Translations under genes and position numbers: made by a program
Part shown: positions 1 through 9,232 of the stretch, one piece after another
Layout: each line of letters opens with the position of its first letter
Numbering within the stretch: position 1 is the stretch's first letter
Assembly (NCBI GenBank): GCA_007694185.1
Contig: RECD01000174.1
Span: 2,364 to 66,363 of the forward strand
Direction: 5' to 3'
Length of the DNA stretch: 64,000 nucleotides
Source of the DNA: Planctomycetaceae bacterium
Lineage (GTDB): Bacteria; Planctomycetota; Planctomycetia; Pirellulales; Pirellulaceae
The notes under the pieces: generated by a model
Database searches by the model: none
What the model saw: the letters and a program-made list of their open reading frames with translations, nothing else
Told to the model about the DNA's origin: nothing

Positions 1-234
1 GAGGACGCCGAGCAGATACCGCCCCCAATCTTCTCGGTCAGGACAAGACAACCGGTGCCGGCGCCAGATCGCGCCGATGTGATGAATCCCCAGTTCCTGA
101 TCACGGATCACCCCGCTGATTCGCTGGCGGAGTTCCTCGTCGTCGCGAAGCCGCTGTTCGATCTCAATCAACTGATCTGCCGGCAGCGACTCCTCGAGGT
201 AGCCGCTCAGCACGGCGTCGCTCAAGGGGATCAT
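1..234 (-). CDS. hypothetical protein, N-terminal part only (runs off the window start); start overlaps the ccoP stop
   Basis: Not in the ORF track because no stop lies in the window. The minus-strand ATG (234-232) overlaps the ccoP TGA (233-231) as ATGA. The frame is open for all 78 codons to position 1. Hand translation: MIPLSDAVLSGYLEESLPADQLIEIEQRLRDDEELRQRISGVIRDQELGIHHIGAIWRRHRLSCPDREDWGRYLLGVL. No family recognised with certainty. Confidence 0.4.
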   Translation of the reverse strand, partial: MIPLSDAVLSGYLEESLPADQLIEIEQRLRDDEELRQRISGVIRDQELGIHHIGAIWRRHRLSCPDREDWGRYLLGVL

Positions 235-950
235 GAGCCGTCCGACGCGGGGACGTCTTCGATTTGGGTGGCCGTGACCGGTTCGGCCTCGGTTGTCAGC
301 AGCGGGTCCATTTCCGCCTCGGCCGCCTCCGCTTCCGCTTCCGTTTCAAACTCGATCATGCTGGGCCAGGGGGGAATCACGTTTCCCTCCGCCGGCTTGG
401 GGCTGGCGGGAGTCGTTCCGCGAAGCGACGCGACGAAGCTGGAGACGAGGATTTGCTCGTTCAACTGCAGGCGGTTCTGCCAGGCGGGCATCGCACCTGC
501 GGCGGCACCGACTTGGACGATCCGCAGGATATCGCTGATATCACGCACGTTCTTGTAGTGATCGTCTGCCAGGTTCGGGCCGACCACGCCACCGCCGTCG
601 ATCCCATGACAGGAAGCGCAATTCCCACGGTAGATCGATTCGCCGACCTTGACCCACCCCGGATCGTTCATCATCCGCACCAGGGTCTCTTCGTTCGGTT
701 TCAGTTCGCCGATCTCGGCGAACTGCAATCGCATGTTTTCGGCTTGCGCGATCGAGAACCGTTCTTCGATACTGCGGCCGGGGGCACCGGAGTGAAAAAA
801 CGGCCAATAGAGCAAGCTGAAGACGATCGTACCGACGAACAGCCACTTCCACCAACCCGGCAGCGGGTTGTCGTACTCTTGGATGCCGTCGAAAGAATGC
901 CCGACCAGGGGAGGTTCGTTGGGATCGGTCGGGCGGGAATCAGTTGTCAT
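231..950 (-). CDS. ccoP: cbb3-type cytochrome c oxidase subunit III-like (CcoP/FixP), single-haem form
   Basis: ORF 231..968. The ATG at 950 is preferred; the GTG at 968 is possible. N-terminal FixP signature FDGIQEYDNPLPGWWKWLFVGTIVFSLLYW with a TM anchor. One CxxCH site (CASCH) and a distal Met in GAMPAW. Acidic Glu/Ala-rich tail. Sits downstream of ccoNO and a FixQ-like ORF. Confidence 0.8.
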   Translation of the reverse strand: MTTDSRPTDPNEPPLVGHSFDGIQEYDNPLPGWWKWLFVGTIVFSLLYWPFFHSGAPGRSIEERFSIAQAENMRLQFAEIGELKPNEETLVRMMNDPGWVKVGESIYRGNCASCHGIDGGGVVGPNLADDHYKNVRDISDILRIVQVGAAAGAMPAWQNRLQLNEQILVSSFVASLRGTTPASPKPAEGNVIPPWPSMIEFETEAEAEAAEAEMDPLLTTEAEPVTATQIEDVPASDGS

Positions 951-1122
951 CACGGGGGTCCTCCACACGATCGCTCAGTGGGATCGAAGCATAACGGTCG
1001 GTCGTCCGGCGGCTCAGCCTTAGCGTTCCGTAAACCAACAAGGCGAAAGCCAATAGGAACAGCCCGAGCGCGATTTCGGCGCTGCGGCTGTAATCCAGCG
1101 AAGTCAGTACGTCTCGCAGCAT
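940..1122 (-). CDS. small single-TM protein, CcoQ/FixQ-like cbb3 oxidase component
   Basis: 60 aa with an ATG start. One hydrophobic helix (AEIALGLFLLAFALLVYGTL) is followed by a basic then acidic tail. Lies between ccoNO and ccoP, where FixQ normally sits. Assignment rests on size, topology and position only. Confidence 0.5.
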   Translation of the reverse strand: MLRDVLTSLDYSRSAEIALGLFLLAFALLVYGTLRLSRRTTDRYASIPLSDRVEDPRDDN

Positions 1123-1208
1123 GATCCGGCTTCATCGGTTTGAATTCGGTTTTGAAAACGTTGTTCGGTCGCGAGCGGCATGTCGCCCCTCTCGCCTTCG
1201 GGGCGGCG

Positions 1209-3563
1209 TCAACCGCCGCCGACTTCGACTTCCACATCCTCTCCGGCCGGTGCGGCATCCGGCTCTGCCACGGGTTCGGGGGTGACAGGCCGATTCAAAT
1301 CGACACCCAGTCGTTGGAGGTAGGCGATCAACGCGACCGCTTGGGTGTTCATCACCAGCGTGTCGCCGTATTTAACCGGCCCGCCTTGGCTGACGATTTC
1401 GGCCGCGATCTCCTCGGCCTGCCGGCGAGCCATCTCGGGAGCCTCCTCGAGTTCTCGGTCGTAGGGGGCACCCAGGAAGTGAGCGGCGCGGACGCGGTCG
1501 GTGATCTGTTTGAAGTCCAACTCGTTGACCAACAGGTGTTCGTAAATCGGCATCACCGACTTAGGCGAAACCTGCTCAGGGTCCTCGAAGTGAACCCAGT
1601 GCCAGAAACTGCTCTGCCTACCGCCTTCGCGGGCCAAGTCGGGGCCGATCCGGCGACTGCCCCATTGGAACGGGCGATCGTAGACCGATTCCCCCGGTTT
1701 GCTGTAATCCCCATATCGCTTCGTTTCCGCGACGATCGGCCGGATCATTTGCGAATGGCAGTTGTAACAGCCCTCCGAAACGTAGATGTCGCGACCCGCC
1801 AGTTCCAGCGGCGTGTAGGGCTTGACCGAAGCGATGGTGGGAACGTTGCTGCGGATCAAGAACGTCGGGATCATCTCGAACAAGCTCGCGACCACAACGG
1901 CACCCAGCGTCAAGACCGTGAACTTGACCGGCAACCGCTCCCACGAGCGGTGCCAATCCATCCGGGCGAACTGGTCGACTTTCTTGCCGAACTCCAGGAC
2001 CGGTTTGCCCTCCAGCGGGCTCGGTTTGCCGGCCGGTTCCGGGCCGTTGTAGGGCAACAGACGCGGGGCCGAGTAGGTCGGGTTCTCGTATACCGCCGGA
2101 CGCGACATCCAGGTCATCAACGTGTTGATCGCCAGCATCACCACGCCGCTGAGGAACAACGCCCCGCCGAAGATCCGGATGGTCCAGTGCGGGATGATCG
2201 TCTGCACCGTTTCGAGGAAATCGGGATAGACGAGCCGGCCGGTTTCGTCCATTTCACGCCACATCAGCCCTTGGGTCAGCCCCGCCGCATAGATCGGGAT
2301 GATGTAGACCAAGATGCCGACCGTGCCGACCCAGAAGTGCCAGGTCGCCATCCGGACGCTCCACAGCTTCGTTTGGAACAGCCTCGGCAGCAGCCAGTAA
2401 ATCATGCCGAAGGTCATCATCCCGTTCCAACCCAACGCCCCCGAGTGAACGTGAGCGATCGTCCAGTCGGTGTAGTGGGACAACGCGTTGATGCTCTTGA
2501 TGCTCAGCAATGGCCCCTCGAACGTCGCCATCCCGTAAAACGTGATGCCGACGACGAAGAACTTCAGCACCGGATCGGTGGCGACCTTGTGCCAGGCCCC
2601 CCGCAACGTCAGCAAGCCGTTGATCATGCCCCCCCAGGAGGGCATCCACAGCATCAGGCTGAACAACATCCCCATCGTGCTGGCCCACTCCGGCAACGCC
2701 GTGTAGTGCAAGTGGTGTGGCCCGGCCCAGATGTAGATGAAGACCAGCGACCAGAAGTGCAGGATGCTCAGCTTGTAGCTGAAGACCGGCCGCTCGGCGG
2801 CTTTGGGGAGGAAGTAATACATCAGCCCCAAAAACGGCGTGGTCAGGAAGAACGCCACGGCGTTGTGCCCGTACCACCACTGCATGAAGGCGTCTTGGAC
2901 GCCGGCGTAGATCGAGTAGCTCTTGAACCAACCGACCGGCACGACCAGGTTGTTGAAGACGTGCAGCAGGGCCACCGTGACGACCGTGGCGATGTAAAAC
3001 CACAACGCCACGTACATGTGCCGTTCCCGGCGGGTGACGAGCGTCATCAGGAAGTTGACCCCGAAGAACCCGACCCACACGACCGCGATGGCGATGTCGA
3101 TCGGCCATTCCAGCTCGGCGTACTCTTTGCTTTGGGTGATCCCCAGTGGCAGCGTCACCGCCGCCGCCACGATGATCAGTTGCCACCCCCAAAAATGGAG
3201 CAGCCCCAGCGTGTCGCTCCACATCCGGCACTTGCACAGTCGCTGGGTGCTGTAATAGATCGCGGCGAAGATCGCGTTTCCGGCAAACGCGAAGATCGTG
3301 GCATTCGTGTGCAGCGGGCGCAGGCGTCCGAACGTCAGCAACTCACCCAGCGGGCCGAGTTCATAAAACAGCTTCGGCAGCACCATCAGGATGGCGACGG
3401 TCAGCCCGACGGTCATCGCGATAACCCCCCAGGCGACCGTCGCGATGACGAACATCCGGGTGATCCCGTCGTTGTACTGATAGGTTTCCACTTCGCCGAC
3501 ACTCGCTTCGAGCGAGCCGGTTCCGTGATCCGCTTGAGGGACGGCAACTGCCATCGAGATCAA
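1209..3563 (-). CDS. ccoNO: cbb3-type cytochrome c oxidase, fused subunit I + II (CcoN-CcoO)
   Basis: 784 aa. The N-terminal ~480 aa is a multi-TM haem-copper oxidase subunit I (WAGPHHLHYTA, AHVHSGALGWNG). The C-terminal part is CcoO-like: one TM, then CYNCHSQMIRP and RIGPDLAREG. No stop separates the two parts. Confidence 0.9.
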   Translation of the reverse strand: MISMAVAVPQADHGTGSLEASVGEVETYQYNDGITRMFVIATVAWGVIAMTVGLTVAILMVLPKLFYELGPLGELLTFGRLRPLHTNATIFAFAGNAIFAAIYYSTQRLCKCRMWSDTLGLLHFWGWQLIIVAAAVTLPLGITQSKEYAELEWPIDIAIAVVWVGFFGVNFLMTLVTRRERHMYVALWFYIATVVTVALLHVFNNLVVPVGWFKSYSIYAGVQDAFMQWWYGHNAVAFFLTTPFLGLMYYFLPKAAERPVFSYKLSILHFWSLVFIYIWAGPHHLHYTALPEWASTMGMLFSLMLWMPSWGGMINGLLTLRGAWHKVATDPVLKFFVVGITFYGMATFEGPLLSIKSINALSHYTDWTIAHVHSGALGWNGMMTFGMIYWLLPRLFQTKLWSVRMATWHFWVGTVGILVYIIPIYAAGLTQGLMWREMDETGRLVYPDFLETVQTIIPHWTIRIFGGALFLSGVVMLAINTLMTWMSRPAVYENPTYSAPRLLPYNGPEPAGKPSPLEGKPVLEFGKKVDQFARMDWHRSWERLPVKFTVLTLGAVVVASLFEMIPTFLIRSNVPTIASVKPYTPLELAGRDIYVSEGCYNCHSQMIRPIVAETKRYGDYSKPGESVYDRPFQWGSRRIGPDLAREGGRQSSFWHWVHFEDPEQVSPKSVMPIYEHLLVNELDFKQITDRVRAAHFLGAPYDRELEEAPEMARRQAEEIAAEIVSQGGPVKYGDTLVMNTQAVALIAYLQRLGVDLNRPVTPEPVAEPDAAPAGEDVEVEVGGG

Positions 3564-3699
3564 TCTCCGAGGGAATGCAAACCGGTCATCCGAACTGGTC
3601 CGTCGTCACCTCGTCCCGAATGGGCCATGAGTCGACGAGACAATCGAAAACGAGAGTTGGCCCCTATGGTAACAGCAGCCGTCCGGTTTGGAATTGCGC

Positions 3700-6600
3700 C
3701 TACCTAGCGGTATCTTGACGCAGGGGTTTGCGTTGCAGAGCCCGGTGGAGCGACGCCAGCAACCCTTCGACTTGAATCGGCTTGACCTGATGGTCGTCAA
3801 AGCCTGCCTCGTGGACCGCTTTGCGATCCTCGTCACGTCCGTAACCGGTCAACGCGATCAGGTACAACCGTTCCGGCGGGATCTGTTCGCGAAGTTGCCG
3901 AGCCAACTCGTAACCGTCGATCAGCGGCAGACCGATGTCGAGGATCGCCGCGTCGGGCTGTTCGCGGAGGATCAATGCCAACCCCTCCTGACCGTCGGAC
4001 GCGGTCTGGATCGAATAGCCCTCCAGCTCCATCAGCATTTTGAGCGTGCGGCGGCTTTCTTCGTTGTCCTCCACCAACACGATCCGCATCGATTCGGGCG
4101 GCTTGGCCAGTGGTACAGGCTTCACCACCGGCACCGACTTGTCGCTCAACCGCAGCCCGACGATGAACTCGCTGCCGGCCCCCGCCCCGTCGCTGCGGGC
4201 GACGACGGTCCCGCCGTGCATCTCGATGAGCGATTTGACGAGCGTCAACCCGACACCCATCCCCGCGTCACGACGGTCGATGCTGTTGTCGCCCTGGGTG
4301 AACATGTCGAAAATCGACTCCAACTTGTCCCGCGGGATACCTCGCCCGTTGTCACGGACGACGACCGTCGCGTGCCCGTGGCTGGCCCGCAGCGAAACGC
4401 GGATGGCGCCCTGGTCGGGGGTGTATTTGGAAGCGTTGGTCAACAGGTTTTCAAAAACCTGCAACATCCTGCTGCGATCGGCAAAAATCGGGCAGGGCGA
4501 TCCCGTCAGGCTGACCGCCAAGTCCTGCTGGCGACCGCGGAACAGGTACTCGGTTGCCGTGACGGCTTCGCCGATCACGTCCGACAGGTCGATGACCTCC
4601 TGCCGCAGTTGGACCTTGCCTTGAAACACGCGTGAAACGTCGAGCAAGTCATCGAGCAGGCGTGACATCTGACGGGCTTGGCCGACGATCAGTTCGATGA
4701 GCTCGCGATGCGGGAGGTCCGCGACCGTGACCCGATCGAGGATCGTGGCGGAATTGAGTACGGCGCCGAGCGGGTTGCGCAACTCGTGCGACAGCATCGC
4801 CAAGAACAGGTCACGGTTTTCCAACTGATCCCGCAACGACCGCTCCAACCGTTTCGTCTCCGATTGGTCGATCACCGCCGCCAGGGCGAAGCGCCCGTCG
4901 GGGGTTTGCAGAGGACTGAGCTGAATATCGACGGGGAACTCTTCGCCGTCCTTGCGGAGCCCGAGCAGTTGCCTGCCCTGCCCCATCGGGCGGAGCTTCG
5001 CGTCGTCGAAGTATCGATCTCGCAAGGCCCGGTGATCCCCCCGCATCCGCTCCGGAATCAGCGTCTCGATCGGCCGCCCGACCAATTCGTCCGCTCGATA
5101 GCCGAACATCTTTTCCGACAGCGAATTGGCCAAGCGGATCAGCCCTTCGTTGTCGACCATCAGGATCGCGCCCGGGGCCGTCTCCACCGCGACCCGAAAT
5201 TGCTGCTCGGCATGCTTCAGCGGCGTGATGTCGATCAGCGTGAAGACCACCCCCGATTTCGGTTGGTCGGCCTGGTACGGGTAGATCCGCATCAGGTACC
5301 GCGTATCGTGGATGTCTTCCACCTCCTCCTCGAATCGCTCGTTGTGATGGAGCGCCCGGGCGAGCTTGTCCTGCAAATCGGGACAGCCGATCGTATGCAC
5401 GAAGCTGTCGATCCGCCTGCCGAGATCGGACGGGATCAGATTGAAGACTTCGGCCATTTCCGGCGTGAACTTGCGAATCCGCAACGACTCGTCCAGGAAC
5501 AGCGTGTGGATCTCGGTGCTCAGCAGCAGGTTTTCCACGTCCCGGTTGAGCAGCCGCAATTCCTCGATCTTCTTCTGGTGTTCCGTGTTGACCGTGAACA
5601 GCTCCTCGTTGACCGAGTGCAACTCCTCATTGGTGCTCTGCAACTCCTCGTTGGCGGCCAGCAACTCCTCGTTGGACGCTTCCAACTCTTCGTTGCTGGT
5701 TTCCAACTCTTCCACAGTGATCTGCAGGTTCTCCTGCATGTTCACCAGCTCCCGTTCGAGCGATTCGATCCGGTCATGGGAAGCTCGCAACGCGGTGAGC
5801 TCATTGTCGCCGAGCCGCTCGATCGCGTCGTCGCCGGCCCGTTCGTCGCCGGAGTTGGTCACGGGCGGACGGCTTTGCGATTGGAACGTGACCAAGAAAT
5901 AGAGCTGGTCAAACCCCGTAGGACGGATCGGCCGAACGGTCACGTCGAGCGGTTCGCTCTGCCCGTCAGCCCGCAGCTTCAGGCTGGACAGTTGCACCAT
6001 GGCCCCTTGGCGTTCGGCCCGCTGCAGGCCGCTGGCCAACAGCATCTTGATGTCTCCCGAAACCATGTCGAGCAAATCGAGCGACGGACGCCCCGCTTTC
6101 AACTCCAAATACGAGCTCGCGTCGCCGAAGGTGTGCAGGACCTGCCGGCCGTCACCGATCAGGATCGACGACGGAAGCGTCTCGGTGAGGATCCGTTCGA
6201 AAACGACATTCAGCGGGTTGATCGACCGGGCGGACGAGGCCGCGGGAAAGCCGAACTCCCGAAACGCGCCGGCCACCGCCCCGGCGACGACGTCGGTCGA
6301 TGCGTGCAAGCGAACGTCCCGGCGTTTACGGAAAATCCGCCAATGGTCGTCGACCGCATCGAACTCGTCCGAATAATCCCCCAATGACTCGCTGGCACCC
6401 AGGAACAACAGCCCGCCGGTCCGGAGGGCGAAGTGAAACAGACTGAGCACCTTGCGTTGGGCGGGCGGCTGAAAATAGATCAACAGGTTGCGGCAACTGA
6501 CAAAGTGCAAACGGGTAAACGGCGAGTCCCGCAACACGTTGTGGGGAGCAAAGATCAGCATTTCACGTAGGCGTGAATCGACGTGGTAGCGTCCGTCTCG

Positions 6601-7965
6601 CAACGTGAAGTATCTCGACAATCGCTTTTCCGAAAGCCCCGACAGGCTTTCGGGAGGATACGCCCCGAAGCTGGCCGCTTCCAGCGACGGCTTGTGTACA
6701 TCGGTCGCGAAAATCTTGACCGTCACCGATTTCTTCTGGCGGTGCAGAATCTCGTCGACCAGGATGGCCAACGAGTAAGCCTCTTCCCCGCTGGCGCAGC
6801 CGGCGACCCAAGCACGGAACTCCCCCCCCTCCTCAATGCTTTCGAGCAGTGGCGGCAGCAGTTCGTGTTCCAGACGACAGAAGGCCGGGTCGTCACGGAA
6901 GAAACTGGTGACGCCGATCAACAGGTCGTGATAGAGCAGTTCTCGCTCGATCGGGTCGTCATTCAGCAGCTGCACGTAAGACGCCAGATCACGGCCGGGG
7001 GCCAACAACAACCGGCGCTGCGTACGCCGGGCGATCGTCGTCGGCCGGTAGAGCGAAAAGTCGATTTTGAAATCGTCCTTCAACAGCTCGAAGACCTCCC
7101 GCAATCCCGGCGGCGGCGAGGGCGGGGTGCTGTTCAGTTGCCGCTCCAACGCCTGATCGAAATTCTCCAGATGCGACTGCAAGAGCGCAGGCATCTCACG
7201 CGGCCGGACGGAATGGCCGACAACGCCCGACTGCATCGCGTTGTAAGGCATCCCCGTGAACTTCGCGCTCCCCTCTTCCTGAACCAAGACCAGGCCGCCG
7301 GCGTTGTGAACGTCGACAATTCCCCGCGACCCGTCACTGCCAGTACCCGACAAGATGATCGCGATCGCCCGTTCGCCCCATTCCTGCGCCATCGACCGAA
7401 AGAACTGATCGATCGGAAAGGACAACTTCGTTTTCGGATCCTTGTCGGTCAGCAGCAACCGGTTGCCCGAGACGATCATCTCGACGCCCGGCGGCATCAG
7501 GTAGACATGATCCGCCAGCAACTCGGTCCCGTTTTCGGCCTGCTGAATCCGCAGACGGCTGTGGCGCGACAGCAATTCGTCCATCAGGCTCTTGAAGTGC
7601 GGCGAGAGGTGCTGCACCACACAGAAGACCATCCCGGTCGGTGGCTCCAACGTCTTAAAGAACTCCTCGAGCGCTTGCAGGCCGCCGGCGGATGCTCCCA
7701 ACCCGACAAACAGCCGCGGCGGGGCCGGTCCGGTTGCCGCATTGCCGATCGGACCGCCGGATGCCGAAACCGCCTGTGACCCGCCGCCACCCGTCACCGC
7801 GTCACCTGTCCCCACCGAGCCGTTCTGGGCCGTGACAACGCTTTTCACCGTTCGAATCTGCGGAGAATTCACGGCGCTACCGGATGCATCGGGCTCGCCA
7901 ACACCCTCAGGAATCCCACCCAAGTCGTCCGCCTCGCTGCTCACCTGCCGTTGCTCCCGGTTCAT
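3700..7965 (-). CDS. hybrid signalling protein: CheB methylesterase - CheR methyltransferase - coiled coil - PAS - histidine kinase - receiver
   Basis: 1421 aa with an ATG start. CheB-like (VVQHLSPHF, ILSGTGSDGS). CheR-like (TSFFRD, RAWVAGCASGEEAYSLAIL, RNLLIYF). NEEL heptad coiled coil. PAS region. HisKA (LAMLSHELRNPL). HATPase (RDNGRGI, GMGVGL). C-terminal receiver (RIVLVEDNEE ... ILDIGLP). Confidence 0.85.
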   Translation of the reverse strand: MNREQRQVSSEADDLGGIPEGVGEPDASGSAVNSPQIRTVKSVVTAQNGSVGTGDAVTGGGGSQAVSASGGPIGNAATGPAPPRLFVGLGASAGGLQALEEFFKTLEPPTGMVFCVVQHLSPHFKSLMDELLSRHSRLRIQQAENGTELLADHVYLMPPGVEMIVSGNRLLLTDKDPKTKLSFPIDQFFRSMAQEWGERAIAIILSGTGSDGSRGIVDVHNAGGLVLVQEEGSAKFTGMPYNAMQSGVVGHSVRPREMPALLQSHLENFDQALERQLNSTPPSPPPGLREVFELLKDDFKIDFSLYRPTTIARRTQRRLLLAPGRDLASYVQLLNDDPIERELLYHDLLIGVTSFFRDDPAFCRLEHELLPPLLESIEEGGEFRAWVAGCASGEEAYSLAILVDEILHRQKKSVTVKIFATDVHKPSLEAASFGAYPPESLSGLSEKRLSRYFTLRDGRYHVDSRLREMLIFAPHNVLRDSPFTRLHFVSCRNLLIYFQPPAQRKVLSLFHFALRTGGLLFLGASESLGDYSDEFDAVDDHWRIFRKRRDVRLHASTDVVAGAVAGAFREFGFPAASSARSINPLNVVFERILTETLPSSILIGDGRQVLHTFGDASSYLELKAGRPSLDLLDMVSGDIKMLLASGLQRAERQGAMVQLSSLKLRADGQSEPLDVTVRPIRPTGFDQLYFLVTFQSQSRPPVTNSGDERAGDDAIERLGDNELTALRASHDRIESLERELVNMQENLQITVEELETSNEELEASNEELLAANEELQSTNEELHSVNEELFTVNTEHQKKIEELRLLNRDVENLLLSTEIHTLFLDESLRIRKFTPEMAEVFNLIPSDLGRRIDSFVHTIGCPDLQDKLARALHHNERFEEEVEDIHDTRYLMRIYPYQADQPKSGVVFTLIDITPLKHAEQQFRVAVETAPGAILMVDNEGLIRLANSLSEKMFGYRADELVGRPIETLIPERMRGDHRALRDRYFDDAKLRPMGQGRQLLGLRKDGEEFPVDIQLSPLQTPDGRFALAAVIDQSETKRLERSLRDQLENRDLFLAMLSHELRNPLGAVLNSATILDRVTVADLPHRELIELIVGQARQMSRLLDDLLDVSRVFQGKVQLRQEVIDLSDVIGEAVTATEYLFRGRQQDLAVSLTGSPCPIFADRSRMLQVFENLLTNASKYTPDQGAIRVSLRASHGHATVVVRDNGRGIPRDKLESIFDMFTQGDNSIDRRDAGMGVGLTLVKSLIEMHGGTVVARSDGAGAGSEFIVGLRLSDKSVPVVKPVPLAKPPESMRIVLVEDNEESRRTLKMLMELEGYSIQTASDGQEGLALILREQPDAAILDIGLPLIDGYELARQLREQIPPERLYLIALTGYGRDEDRKAVHEAGFDDHQVKPIQVEGLLASLHRALQRKPLRQDTAR
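5599..5724. repeat. six tandem 21-bp units inside the kinase gene, encoding the (S/T)NEEL heptad coiled coil
   Basis: Plus-strand units begin caactcctc/caactcttc every 21 bp (5599, 5620, 5641, 5662, 5683, 5704). On the coding strand they give ...ELETSNEELEASNEELLAANEELQSTNEELHSVNEEL... Confidence 0.8.
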
Positions 7966-8157
7966 TTCGACCCTCGGTCGATTGGCTCTCTTTTAAAAGG
8001 GGACCGGCGAGTCAATTCGCCAGCCCGATTGTAACGCATGGCAGAGTCGTTAGGGGGGGGTCGTTGGTCGACGACCACGAAATTCAGGCATTCGGAATCT
8101 CCCACCGGTCCGGTTCGTCACTCCCAGGAACCCCGAGCGGGGCAGCCGACGGACTGC

Positions 8158-9174
<1,017 letters not shown>

Positions 9175-9232
9175 AGGGACGGCTCACGTTAGAGGGAGGA
9201 AGTTTTACGGCCGCAGTTTAACCGAAATCGAT

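Noticed and set aside
55-558. 167-aa plus-strand ORF at the window start.
   Set aside because: It overlaps the ccoP gene and the coupled downstream ORF on the opposite strand. It has a low-complexity Ser/Ala composition.
1140-3707. 855-aa plus-strand ORF, the longest of many large antisense ORFs. Others include 4678..6387, 14446..15945, 29191..30777, 32463..34007, 39256..40728, 41747..43819, 47252..48028 and 52237..53046.
   Set aside because: Each lies opposite a gene with strong family motifs. Their translations are Arg/Pro/Gly/Asp-rich with no recognisable motifs. Stop-free antisense frames are expected in very GC-rich coding DNA.
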